Assembly (NCBI RefSeq): GCF_037042905.1
Contig: NC_087245.1
Coordinates: forward strand, 22,384,001 to 22,448,000
Reading direction: 5' to 3'
DNA: 64,000 nucleotides
Source: Lytechinus pictus
Lineage: Eukaryota
This document shows positions 1 to 13,355 of this stretch, one piece after another. The notes under the pieces are model-generated. The model did not search any database, was not told the origin of the DNA, and saw nothing but the letters and a program-made list of their open reading frames with translations. The stretch's first letter is position 1. The number at the start of each line of letters is the position of its first letter. The translations under genes and the position numbers were made by a program.

Positions 1-79
1 TAATTTTAGCACTCCACAGCATAACAACAGCTACAAATGCCAAGGAAATTAGTACAGACTATCTAAAAAAATTATATTA

Positions 80-159
80 TTAACCCATTGCTTACTAGAA
101 CACGGTTGTCCCTGTACAAAGTCTATGGGAATTACAGAATTCAGTAGTCTACAGGTTAA
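80..159. mobile_element. Tiny TTAA-bounded MITE remnant (piggyBac-like CCC start)
   Basis: TTAACCCATTG...CAGGTTAA; shares the internal word AGTCTATGG with 6579-6686. Confidence 0.4.
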
Positions 160-614
160 CACCAAATACGGCAGTAAAGAACTAATAATAATAAATCATC
201 GGTGGTAACTGCTTCCTTATGATAATGAATTCCTATGTAAAGAAAAAAGCAATGACAAATTAGCTCTATTCCACATTCGTACTTTGGGCAAAATCACTTC
301 ATTTTGTTTTTCAAGTTCACAATTTTAAAGAGCGCAGGTGAATAACTCCCAATGAAATTCATTCATTCATGACCAATGAACTTCCCTTTATATACTCCGA
401 TGAACCTTTTGCCACCGCAGAAAGACAAACCAACTATGCGGAAAGAGATTTCGAGAAGAATTGTTACTGTTTTTACTCCACCAAAATGGGCAACAGTTGT
501 GATTTGGAGGTTAAATGGTCCAGAAAATACCAACAGGTAATGTGTACAAGGAAGTCTGACAGAGATGTATTACTAGTAATACTCATAAATCACTGGTGCT
601 TCTACTCCTTCTTG

Positions 615-1449
615 GGGTGCGTTTATCCGCCACTTTTTTACCCTAGAATCATGATCTGAATCATGATTCAAATCATGATTCTGCAGAATCACGATTGCGT
701 TTAGTCGAAATTGAATATAATCATGATTAGAATCACAAACATGAAACACGAAAAAAGGGGCGTTTGGAAAGACGTTTCTGCAGAATCACGTACGAAAATG
801 TTCGAATAAACGATATCGTGATTACAATCATGATTCTATGACCTCACTGTTGTGTCGGGCTACTTTCGGTTTGACTCTGGCCAAGCTCAAGGCGCTCTAT
901 ATGCTCATTGTATGTACATGATTATGTACTACGCATTCATTTCTTGTCATGTTCAAGTTCTGTGTTGGTCATCGCATCGTCCACTACTTTTCATTTTTTG
1001 GTCATGTCTTCAAGTTCTAGTATAAAACTAAATGAATTAACTGGACAGACAATGATCTCAGTTGTTGTTGAGTATACAGTATCAATATGGGATCAATATT
1101 AAATTGGATCTACGCTGAAATTCACTTCCGAACACCATTTTGGGTAAACTAACAAGATGAATAGAAGCATATGGACCCTATATGATAGAAGTAAACAAAA
1201 TGAGGTATAGACTGAATTCTGGAAGCAAAAGATTTTTCGAGAGCCGAAACACGTGCGAAAAACTTCCTCTGTCAAACTGCGCACTAGTGATGCGCACTGG
1301 ATTGGCCCGAATCTGAGGAGAAACAGCATTGGAATGAAGGTCGTCTAAACGCTGATTCTGTGATATTGTGATTCATGTTTGTGTTTTGAATCATGATTCA
1401 AATCATGATTCAAATCATGATTCTGGCTTGAGGTCGCATAAACGCAGCC
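615..1449. mobile_element. PIF/Harbinger (Tourist-like) MITE
   Basis: TIR GGGTGCGTTTAT / ATAAACGCAGCC followed by TAA; subterminal AATCATGATT palindromic repeats at both ends. Confidence 0.75.
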
Positions 1450-3507
1450 TAATAATCACAAGCCAATCTAACAAAACAAAAACTTTTTAAAAAGTACTTG
1501 TTCAATACATTAATCTTTAAGCTTTTAAAAAAAATTCTTTTGAATTTGGAGAATAATTTATACCATGCAATATCTATCAAATGCCAAAATACATGCCAAA
1601 ATATGTTTTGCATTTGAATGGCTATGACAGTAAACTAAAGATAAGTATGAGGTAATACTGTAGGCCTACATGTTTCATTTGTACCTTTATTGTAGTAATG
1701 ATCCAAAGTTTGAGGCAAAGTGCTGATGATCTTTATAATTACCATGACCGTTTTTTGACCTATAAACAATTCTTGAACTTGAAGCACATCTTGTTACCAG
1801 CACATCATCTAACATCCTGTGCCTTCACATAATGAGATTCATTTCCAGACTACTTAAAATGGAGAACACGTTTCTTGGAAACTGTTGCAGTATGACGTTT
1901 ATACCTGCAGTCACTGCTACACATGCAATCTCCCATGTGCAGGGCTTCATACTTACAAAATGTGGTTGAACTAGGTATTGGCCTTAGATTGAATTTAGCC
2001 TACTGCTGGTAGCAGACCTCGGCAGGTTCATCAAATGAAACTGTTTAACAAATGGGTCTAGAGAGAAGTAAAGCCAAACTGCAACTTGTTCTTTCCTTCA
2101 GTGCACAAGGCCCAGTCTGGGACTTCAGGATATACAAAGTTGGACCATCTTCCATAAACAGTATTAAGGTTTGTGCCAGCAAACTAGATTGAATTCTTGA
2201 AGCAATAATGTTTCCTCAACAGATTTCTCAGCAAAGGAAAAAAAGAGGCGTTGAATCCTCTACTGAGCCCTTTATGCTGCTATAATCACTGCTTTCAATT
2301 GCTTCTACACCATCATGGGACACATAAGTATGTCACACTGTCATAAGAAGTGCAAATTACACAAGATTAAGTGCCACTTTATTGACAAGCGTCACCAAAT
2401 ACCAGACACTTACTATAGTACCTGACTTCAAAAGAATCCCATTTACCTGGGGGCAACAGTCAGAATGGAGACAGAATGTGAAGGTTTGTTCTCTTGTCGA
2501 TTGGCTTTCCAGTGATTTCTACAAACAGCTAAAGTGCACCTGAGCAAATATATAGCTGCCATTAGTGATTATTTGGACAAGTTGGAATTCAAGATTGAAT
2601 TTTGACAACTGACAAGGCAGAAGTTGCCAAAACTTTTGCAAGTGTTAGGAGATTATTTGACAACATACAAATATTACTAAGTCTGTGTGGCCCTGCAGAC
2701 AGACCAGCATACAGCCCTATAATGGATACATGTACAATCCATCTTTTATCTAATACCAAGTATAAACAAGAATATTTCCTCTCTATGGAAAATCATACAA
2801 GACAATATGATTATTCTACAGTATGAAAACTGTTGACTGTCTATACCTAGAGATACTCTATGCATATTCAATCAACTACTAACTGGATTCTTTTGGCGTA
2901 TACATGCCTTTCCAGAAAGTCAACAACATTTATTCACTTCTGCATGGGCAAGATTCAACAGCTGGATCACACACAGAAAACCGTGTTAGAATGAGTTGAA
3001 GACCAATTAGTCACAAATGTGCAACAAAAAGAAAATATGGAATTCCTATGATTTTATCATAAAACTCTTCCAATACAAAGAAACTAACTAGTGAGCAAAG
3101 AGCACATTTGCATCATTGTAAATGGTAGTCATGCAGTATATCAATTTGATGATATCAATCTTAACTGATCGCACATTGAATTGGCAACAAATACAGTGTA
3201 TGTGTATTTATGTCTATACATTCTATTCACAATTACAACTTCAATACTGAAGGAGATATGGTCAAGCCGCAAAATACACTATTTAAATGACAAATTTTGT
3301 ACTAAAGAGATGATAAAAATACAAGCATTTTAAACCCATTTCGCAAATTTGTACTGTATTTTGAAAGTATAATAAGTGAAATAAAGACAAAGATTTTTAT
3401 ATGTATTTTTCTGGATTATGGTTTCAATGTATTCTAACCTCGAACCATCAAGACTTGATCCCCATCCTGGACAGGCTAACAACATTAATAGTAGACTTGA
3501 CCTTTAC

Positions 3508-4001
3508 CCAAGGTCCTTGTGTGAATACATAAGAAGATGTTTTGAGTGAGCAAAGTTTGTTGACTGTTACGCTTCTTTCTTTGGCTCCAGTCACACCAAT
3601 GAAACGGACTCCACACCGACCGATGGAATGTCATTGGAAAGAACGCAGTAGTTTTTGTTGGTCTGGGGTCGGTTTTTGCCAGTGTGACTGAGATTACATA
3701 CAGGTAAAGGTGCATGAGAAAGAAACCAGATGTGTTGGGTGCTCAAGTGATTCTCCAGTCTTCAAGAAACAACATGATACCCTGTTCAAGCTTGGCATCT
3801 GTCTTCAATCTCAGAATTCATATCAAGTATAATGCCACAGTCAGATCATGGACCCTACTAAGAACTAACTCCACACTGGACCATGGTATGTCATAGGAAA
3901 TAGCGTGATACCTTTTGTTGGTCTGGCTGCACGGCACTTATGTGAACAAGAGCCACACAAAGTACAAGAGAAAGCTAAGAAGTAAACAAGAAATAGGAAA
4001 A
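3508..4001 (-). other. Probable exon containing two paralogous small-ORF modules
   Basis: Acceptor TTTTGCAG| at 4001; same-phase alternative TTCTTAG| at 3974 after a long pyrimidine tract; possible donor TGG|GTAAAG at 3508 (weak, 3' boundary uncertain). Confidence 0.5.
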
Positions 4002-6578
4002 CTGCAAAATTAGAAATATTGAAAACATAATAAGGGATCTTTTTTAAAAAAATACTTACTGTTCTTTTAAAGAAACTGTATGACGATTAAGTCATACATT
4101 ATTTTCTGAGTAGCATTCTGAATTTTTTTTTTAAAGTAAATCATCATCACATTTGGAACTTTGTACTTTGATGACAAATAAAGAAGAATTCAATAAAAAA
4201 AAAGTACCTTAGAACTGTTGGTACCACCTTGGCATCTTCTTTCAAACTCTAAAAATCAGCTGGTAATGGTCTAGGCATTCGAGTTTTGTTTGTGCAAACC
4301 GTTTCCCTGCTGTAACCAAGTTGGCTATTCACCTTCTAACATAGTAGGTACATGTAGGTTATAGAACTTGGGAAAGGGAATATGAATCAAAGTGTGAACA
4401 TGATATTCCTTCCTCTTTGCATCTCTATAATAACCCAATGTCATTCACACTCTTCCAGATGTCTAAAAAATGCTGGAGTTCAATGCACTCCAAAAACCAG
4501 GGCATGACCAAATCTTTATAAACATGAGGGAAAGCAAGAATGTGTAAAACATCTGAAGGTAGGCGAACTCAATATTCAACAATACCTATTTTTTAATGTA
4601 AGCATTTCACATCTTACACAAATATGTTTTATATATTGTTTCACGTGTCCATCATGCATTACTTTGTTATAAAAAAAAAAAAATCTTGATATACTAACTT
4701 GGTCAATAGATGAGACCAAATGTTAATCTGATGACATATATATAGTTAACCTAAATCCCGGACCTAAATAAATAATTTTGAGCAGGTAATGTTTTTAAGG
4801 TGGCTATTCTTTGTACACATGAGATTTGCCATCTTCGTTGCAAAGAACTTGAAGTTTGTAATGTTGAAAGACGAATATGATGACATCATGTAACAACATC
4901 AAAAGACACTGTAACTGATCTTGACTTCTCCTGTATTTCTTGTAACATGAGTCTTCAAGCCAGGGGCATCCTTCTCCATACTATCATCTATTGCCCTGGA
5001 TCACACTCTTCTTAAAGTGGAGGGAATCCCCCTTGCCTCACTGAATTGCGATCTTGTAATCAGAATCAGAATGGTTGTGCAGGCCCCCCCCCCCCCCCCC
5101 ATTTCTCCCTTTGAGGGCAGGTCAGCAGAGAATTTCAATATTGAGCAAACTCAGGCTGACGAAAACCCCATCTCTTGGGTTTAAATTACTCAAATGTAGT
5201 GACATCCCTGGCCTTTTAAAAAGAGAGTATCATTGTTTCACTCATTCGTTTTGTGCATCCCATTTTCATTTTATTTTTATTTTTTTATACTCTAAGAAGA
5301 CCCATACAGAAATTGGAAAAATTTGGGGAAATTTAAGAGAAGCAAAATTATATACCTTATGAATTATATACACTGCGGTTTAAACATATGATCTACAACA
5401 ACAACATAATCTCCTGGATAATACCATCAATGCCAAATTCCAAAGCTCTTTAGATATTACTCAATAGATTTTTTTAAAGTACACAGCTTTGGCTGGGAGT
5501 GAATATTGAATTATCAGGCTGGTTTGGAAAGATTGGGAAAGCACATGGGCTACACTTTGTTGACCTCTTCTCCAATTTCGCCCTACTTAGCAAATTATCG
5601 GGAATAAAAAATTGCGAGCGCAGAATGCAAATACCAGGTAACTGCAAATGACGCTAATAAAATAAATTCCCGCAGATGAGCACTTGACCTTTGCAAAATA
5701 ATTTAGGGAAATTAGTAAGGTAAATATTCAATGGAAAACTTGCTGAAATGTGCTTCAAGTTTTCAACATGAATTAAAATATAAATTGGCAATGTATTTAA
5801 TATGATAAAATCAATCAAAATTGGCAGATAATAAGTAAAACGGTCTAACAAGTAGGGAACTTGCTACATACAGCATAAAAATAGAGAAGTTTTTTTATAT
5901 AAGAAGTTAAGAACAAAAATGTAGTCTCATATTCACGTTATAAAAAAACATTCACTCCAATTCTTTTGTCTTTTTTTGTAACAAAATTGTGCCATAAGGC
6001 ATACTCCTAATTTCAATCCGCTGTTGAGATCATAACAAAATATGAAAGATGGAGCTCGATGTTTTAAATTAAAAGCAATTATCTTTTTTTCATTCATTTA
6101 CTACTGTAAGTCTTGCTTTATATCATTACGCTCTGATTTTACTCATTCCTAAATATTTGATACAGTGACATGTAGGGATTGTCTGTCTGTTGGTACTAAC
6201 ATCATCTAATAAACACAAAACATCATAACACATAGGTTACAGCTCATAGTCATAGCTCTTCACATGATAAAGTCATCAACCTGCATGTGTACACTATTTT
6301 ACCATATGGCTATGGAGGATGAGGAGTTGTGATAAATGACATGCCCTTCTGCAAGGAGCAGGTATTTATGGAGTTTCTCTGTCTTCATAACAAACAGGCA
6401 ACAAACCACAGCAATACAGGACTTGAGTTTGTATTGCTGTCCTAACAAATCATAACAAATGTATAATAGTCAGAGTGGATGATGAATTTTCAGTAGTTGA
6501 TATGGTTGTAATTTTTCTAATATCTTAATTCAGAATGTGCTCTTTTCCTTATCACAAAATGTTATTCTTTTCATATTT

Positions 6579-6686
6579 TTAACCCCTTTGGAGATTGAGC
6601 CTGAATATATAAGGGGGTTTAGTCTATGGAAAATATGTGCTGTACATAGCGTCTATAGCGATATCCTTCAGTTTCCAATGGGTTAA
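6579..6686. mobile_element. Tiny TTAA-bounded MITE (piggyBac-like CCC...GGG ends)
   Basis: TTAACCCCTTTGGA ... TCCAATGGGTTAA imperfect TIR. Confidence 0.5.
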
Positions 6687-6966
6687 CAACATGACTCTAT
6701 ATCGGGGAGTGCCTACACTGTAGACTGCAAATTTAAACCTTATTTACAAAACAATTACAGTGCTTAGGCTTTAGTGCGCATCAAGACAGGAAATGGCTAG
6801 TATTTTCACGTCTGCTGAAAGTATTCTGGAGTAGAGTCACTGACACAAAATATTGAACCCATCCAATCTCTGTGTGCTTACCAATACCATACAACTTCAA
6901 AGATGTGGCAATAGGAATCCCCCAAGAAGCCTAGTGGATGACAGGGTTGATCAAAGACGCAACTCA

Positions 6967-7519
6967 TACCCTTTTTACACAGGATTTTCTTAACCCCGGA
7001 CTATCGCTAACCCCGTACTATCCTTAACCCCGTACTATCTTTTTTTCCTTTTCACACATGCCAAATCGTTATTGCTATCCCCGGATAAGGAATGCTTGCT
7101 TTTCACACACGAAACTCGCTAACCCCGGACTAGTGGTAGCTCACGAATATTCACGAGCGCACTGAGGGTTCATTCCTTTTTACACACGCTAAAATTTCCT
7201 TAACCCCGTACTATAGGTGGGGCTAAATTGCCATTTAGCCCCACCTATAGTACGGGGTTAAGCTTAGCCCACTTTCGTTTTACACTAGCGATCTTAACCC
7301 CGTACTATCGCTCTTAGCACCGCAATTGCTGGGATAACCCTGCTTTTTTGCAGGGCCAAATAATCCCGTACTATAGGTGGGGTTAGCCCACTTTGCAAAA
7401 ATGCTGTGTAAAAAGAAAGTGGGCTAAGCTTAACCCCGTACTATAGGTGGGGCTAAATGGCAATTTAGCCCCACCTATAGTACGGGGTTAAGGAAATTTT
7501 AGCGTGTGTAAAAAGGGTA
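6967..7519. mobile_element. Foldback MITE with TAACCCCG subrepeats (Harbinger/ISL2EU-like, TSD unresolved)
   Basis: TIR TACCCTTTTTACAC / GTGTAAAAAGGGTA; internal nested palindromes; related to 16706-17231 and 26855-27056. Confidence 0.8.
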
Positions 7520-9537
7520 AAAGTGTTCAAAAGACCGTGAAATCTGATAAGAATGGGATAATGGTAGGGTATGGAAGGATACGCTTTGTTGAAGGCTGAT
7601 GAGCTACTAGGAATTTACCAATAAATGGTATTAAGATAGGGATTATATTCTCATTAGAAGGTAATCTTTAGATGGACGTGTGACTGACCATCCATACCAT
7701 GTTTGGAGGCTGAAATCTTACCAACAGTTTTTTTACAAGTAGAAAAAATGAAGGAAAAAGGTGAATTTTTAAATTGAAAAAAAAGTTTCAAACAAATAAA
7801 CAACATTCAGGCATGCTGGTTAATTACCATTTATGCAATTGTTTTCTGGGGAAAATTTTCTTCTTTTAAAATTGACCAATGGTTTATAGTCAGGTAAAAA
7901 TTTTCAACAAACTTCAGTTCTTGCATAGGAAATTATGATCTGATATCCCCCCCCCCCCCGAAAAGTAATAATAATTAAATGATGAACGTGTAAGCCTTCT
8001 GCCATATCATCTCATTCAAGTGAATAGGCACATATTAATGATGTAAATTATGTGTGTACAATCATCAACCCAGAGGTTGTCAGTCCTTGAAAGTTACTTC
8101 TTCTCCTTCACTCCTTCACAATGGCAGATTTGTTCAACCAAGGCAATTACTGTTTAGACAAGATAATATTGATTTTTATCCCAGTCTTGTATCAAAGGGG
8201 AATGAATCATGTTGTATTGACCTGTGGTACATACCACAAAAGAGGTGTGGGGGGAATGAGGGTCAGTGAACTTATAAGAATCCATTTTTAAGAAGGTAGA
8301 GCTTGCATAAAAGAGAAATTAAAATCTGGCGATTTTGATACTTTATCTGTATTTCACTTTTTTCTTCCAGTTCTCTCTTTTACATTGTAGAAATCAATAT
8401 CAAATGTTCTCGTTGGTAAAGGTAATTACTCCACGAAATCAAATAAAATGTGAAACACTTATGTTCTTCATAAAAATGACATAATTTGTCTTCAGCCTTT
8501 GCCACTATTTCTGTTCTTCCAGTTAAAAATAGATCAAATTTCAGAAATCCATATTGAACTTCATTTCATTAACAACCAGTTTTCTCTCTGATAAATATAT
8601 TCCACAGCCAACAGGATTCCTATTCAAACCTCAACCCTATACCACACATACAAAAAAAGATGATCTCTAAATACCAAGCGATTATTCCAAGGTTTCCGGC
8701 TTCAGTGTTCACCTGTCATAATTTAGCTCAAAGGGGGGCATGTCTGCACCCATTACCTCAGACACTGGAATAGTTTGTACTTTTTGTCATTCAATTGTGG
8801 TAGATTTTATTCTACAGAGATCATCCTATTGCAATGAGGAACTTTAGAAATCAAATGAATGCTCATTAATCTGCATCTGTCTGATGCAACAGAGATGTAT
8901 TATTTAGACCTAACATTTCTTGAACTGCAGAATAAAGGATCTATACAAATAAAAATACATTACCACATTTTTCATATAAATCTGCCCCTCAAGCTCAAAA
9001 TGAATCATTGCTCTACATGTCTATATTATCATTTTTTATAAATGATAAATTTTCCTTTATTTTGGGATATGCTTTTCATTTGATCAAAGATTTTAGAATT
9101 GGTCTGCAGATATACGGCAGGAAGCTTATTGAGAAGTACTTTGGATATAATCTTTATATATTATCATTATTAATATCAAATCTAAAAATAAAAGCGCAGT
9201 CTCTTTCTTGTAAAAATTATTCTATTGTCACACAAAACAAAATGACAGATCTCAAATCCTACTGGATGCTACAAACCCTTTCATTCTTAAATTAAACTAT
9301 CATTCACAGATCATCAACATTAAAATCAATTTGCTTTACAAAATATGAATAATTCCAATTTATAGACTAGTAATGCATCATCAAAACCACATAGATCATC
9401 AATTTTCACTCAGATATTTCCTTGAAATAAGTGAACATAATTAAACAATAGTATCCCATGTTGAATGAAATGTTGAAAGACATGCAATGTCACCAACTAC
9501 AAATGTTGAGTTTTATACTAGATGTAGATATGCTCAC

Positions 9538-10030
9538 CAGATAAGATAAAGTGTTGTTGATGACAGCTCCAACTTTTAGGATCCAAAATAATAGTCCAAG
9601 ACTCCAAGTGTAATGGTATTTGATCCAAGATGGAATAGACTTGTTTTTTATCCAACTCCTGCTCTCAATCTTGTACTATTCTCTTCACCAATCAGATTAT
9701 AAAAGATAAAAAACATATACTCAGTACACTATGAATAAAAATGTAAAATTTAAATGATTATTTCTGCGAAGATAGAATACGAGCGAGCGCATGGTTTGGT
9801 GCCCACTTGCAAACTGTGTTTGTGTTGCTGAGTGCAAACTACGAACACACACACAGCACATTCCCCAATCCATGCATTGTGTACTCTGGGCACAACTGAT
9901 TGTGTGTGGATGAAGGAGGATGGGGGTGTGGCCTTGGAAACACAGCGTTTGGTTGGCTGATCCCAGAAAACTACCAACCAACCACATGACCTTGCTTTCA
10001 TTGTGATTGAAGGGATTACATCACAAACAT
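9538..10030 (-). promoter_or_regulatory. Candidate alternative promoter and first exon
   Basis: Donor CTG|GTGAGC at 9538/9537; no convincing acceptor noticed; locally GC/CpG-richer non-repetitive sequence at 9770-10030. Confidence 0.4.
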
Positions 10031-12186
10031 CAGAAAGTAAAGTGGTAGGTATTGTTTACTTTTGAAGATACATCCTTGGCTAAACATTCCCCTCTTTTTC
10101 TTATTCAATTGCATCATCCCCAAACAAATTTACATTTTCTATTTTTTTCTTTCTAATTCATCTTTACAAGTAAACACTTTAGTAGAAATAGCTCTCCTAC
10201 CACTTCTCTTCTTATCTTTATCCCCCACCCCACATACACATCTCCATCTATATCTTAGTGATGGGCATTTTCTTCATTTTATTTTCTTATAATCAGGATG
10301 AGTCAAAATATTAAGTCTTTGTTGGAAAAACAAACCAAACCATTCATGAATGCTATTTCCTTGGTATTTTCACAAATGGATTTTCTTGAATGAATGACAA
10401 ATTAAGGGACAAAGCAAAAATGGGAGGGAAAAAGGATTTGTGTGTGTTTCAAACTGGAACAAACTATTAACCTTTTCTGACAAACAATACTATTCATGTA
10501 AATATTTAGACAGACCCACAAATACGATGAGATAAGATTTACCATAATACAGTGTCACCCCAACATTGACCTCATGGCTTACTAACCTAAGCTCAACAAA
10601 TATCAGCAAGCCCTTCAATTCTTTGTCTCTATTTTCATTTCTTAGATTTTTTCCAAATTTCCCCATATTCTCTCTCTCTCTTTCAATCTCTTATCTTTTT
10701 TTTTTCTTTTTATCATGTGGGCCTACTTCTTTGCCCCTCCCCCCTGCCCACTAACTCTCTTTCTCTCACTCCACACTCCCCTATTCTCTACAGCTCCATT
10801 TTAATCTATGTCTCACTCCCCATCTTTCTCTCTTCCTCCTTATCTATCTCACCCCCACCCACTATAACCTCACGCTTCTCACCATATAGACCTATTGCTC
10901 CTCCCCTTTTCTTGTCCTTAATTCTGTATGTTAATTTCTTCTTATTTCCCATGGGTTAATACTTTTTGTTTACTCTTCTTATTTATTTTTTCCTCATATA
11001 TATCTTTTGAATTATCTTCTTAATATAAAGGGTGTTTTGCATCATCTTATATAGCAGTATGAAAAGAATGGATGTATAAAAGTCAAGACAGCTTTCTAGA
11101 TGGTGAGGTATCATCAGCATCAACATTATCATTACTCATCTAATTAACCATTACATACAAAAAAAATGGGAGCACATTATTTATATTCAAAGTCAAAGGG
11201 CAATGACACTGAGGCATATCATCTCCCTAACCCATCATATTCATAAACTCCCTGCTCTTTAAAATAAAAATCAACATTTAGTGGCAAACCAAAACCTATT
11301 GCATTTCTCGGTGTTCATAATATAAGTAGGCCTAATTCCAAACTTTTGAAGAAAAAAAAAGTCATCCACTCCCAGGGGTTCAACCCAAGGTTAGAAAATT
11401 CCACCGCTAATCAAAATTTTAATGAGATCAATTTACACAAAATATTATTCCTTTTTAGCATGTAATGAAACTGGTGCTCTAAGTCTAAGCCCTTTGTGCA
11501 CCTTAATTGAAATAATGACCTTGAAGGCAGATTTAACATTAAATGCAACTTTTCAAGCCACTTGCAATTTGAGTTGTTATCATTATAAGTATTTTGGGAT
11601 AAATGTAGAACAAGGGTAAGCAGAATGAAACATGGTGGGGTATGTAGATCTTGTTTTACACCTGGCTTTGGACTCTTTGCGATCCTTTGATCTTAAATTG
11701 TGATCAGACCAGCAAGTAATCCCCGCTAATGGGCATATATTAGGGCAGGGAATTTCTGAAAGGTTTGAGGTATTCCCTTTAATGCCCTTCTTGTGGGCAC
11801 ACAAATCATCAGGATATTTGATTTGATATTACTGTTGTCCGAACCATGGAGCTACAACTCCATGGTCAAAGTTATGAATAATAACTCGTCTCATGATGAA
11901 AATGCAAGATTTTATCATAATCCCTGCACGAGTTGATTCTGATTTTGAAGCAGAAAATGGAAATTACAGAAAAGGTTGGATCTGAATAATACAATATTCT
12001 TTGGGGGTATTAATTAACCAGACGTAACACAATGCACCTTTCAGGAGACAGGGGTCAAAGATAGATAAAATAATGACTATACCCTGTATATGCTGCAACA
12101 TTTGCATAATACCAAATAGGCCTACAAATGTTTATAAATTATGGCAATATTAATACCCTGGGATTAGCATGACACAGTGATAAGGC

Positions 12187-12790
12187 CCCGGGGGGCCACT
12201 TACATTGACGAGTGGATATCATGCGTGACCAAAAAACACGTAAAAAGGATGTATTTTTCAAGATAGGGCACTTTACGTACGTAACGTAATAAGGGTGTCA
12301 AAAACGCTAAAATAATGAAAAAAGGGTATCTATTTTCGCTAGGAAAGCTACGTGTTTAGAGTCAAATTTGCTAGGGTGTAAAAAATAAAGACCAAAATGT
12401 TTTATAAGGGATGTACTATTTGCCCCAAGAGTCAACACTGCACTGCGTGTTTAGAGTATGATTTTGCAGGAGATGTGGGAGGTGGGGCTGTACGTACGGC
12501 TAAACCCAATCAGGTAAAGGTAAAACCGACGACCGATGTCCGTGACATAACAATTAAAATATCGCTGTACTTGTTTAGGGGGTCAATTCAGGGAATACTT
12601 GCCAAGAGTATCGTTTTGTTTTCAATACTTGTTAAGGGTAGGGTTTCACACACAAATATACTTGTTAAGGGGTGCATTTTCAGAATATGGAAAATATGTG
12701 TTTAGGGTGCTTTTCGAGACCCCATGGTCACGCATGGTATCCACTCGTCAATGGAAGTGGCCCCCCCCCCCCCCCCCCCCCCCCCCGGGG
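12187..12790. mobile_element. Non-autonomous DNA transposon with 8-10 bp TSD (MULE-like)
   Basis: About 45-bp TIR CCCGGGGGGCCACTTACATTGACGAGTGGATA...; flanking GATAAGGC duplicated at 12179-12186 and 12791-12798. Confidence 0.8.
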
Positions 12791-12829
12791 GATAAGGCAC
12801 CCATTGAAAAGTGGAAAATTCAGATTAAG

Positions 12830-13047
12830 AGGGTGTTGCAAGAAAATATTTGCAATCGATCGCAAATATTCTGTTGCAATTTTACAATTGATTGATCACT
12901 TTTAGCTACAGCAAATCAGATTACACTCCTTGTTTCATGGAGCAGATGAGCAATCAATCGCAAATTTGCAAATTAATTGCATGGCATATGCTTGATTTCG
13001 GGAACAAAAATGAATTGCAATTGATCGCAAGTTTCTTGCAACGCCCC
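12830..13047. mobile_element. Short MITE (Harbinger-like)
   Basis: TIR GGGTGTTGCAAGAAA / TTTCTTGCAACGCCC; internal GATCGCAA repeats. Confidence 0.65.
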
Positions 13048-13355
13048 ATTAGACTTTGTCAAAGGATGTTAGTGCTGAGGTATTGGAGCCAAACCCTGGA
13101 CTTGATGATTAGACATCCAGAGACTTATCCACTAACACACCTCTGGTCAAGATTATACATGTTGGCCTTATTTATTTTGTGCAGATTAGGGTCAAAGTTA
13201 TAAATACCTAGCTATAAATTAAAGGGAAGATGAATAATATTGACAGTGAAATCAACAGTTCTCCGAATATCTGTAGAGAAATGTCAGAGATTCACCATGC
13301 TGGGACTCTACTCAGAAGTCAGTTCTATCCACTCATATTCATGGCTGAATGCAGT

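Noticed and set aside
2447..2518. Possible 72-nt minus-strand exon (donor CAG|GTAAAT)
   Set aside because: Short pyrimidine tract; introduces a stop in the module frame; unsupported.
3860..3900. IRE- or SECIS-like element around CAGTGT / ATGA on the minus strand
   Set aside because: Required stem pairing and apical AA geometry are absent.
12397..12905. Overlapping ORFs with poly-Pro
   Set aside because: Lie inside a MITE; poly-Pro comes from the poly-C tip; no transposase motifs.
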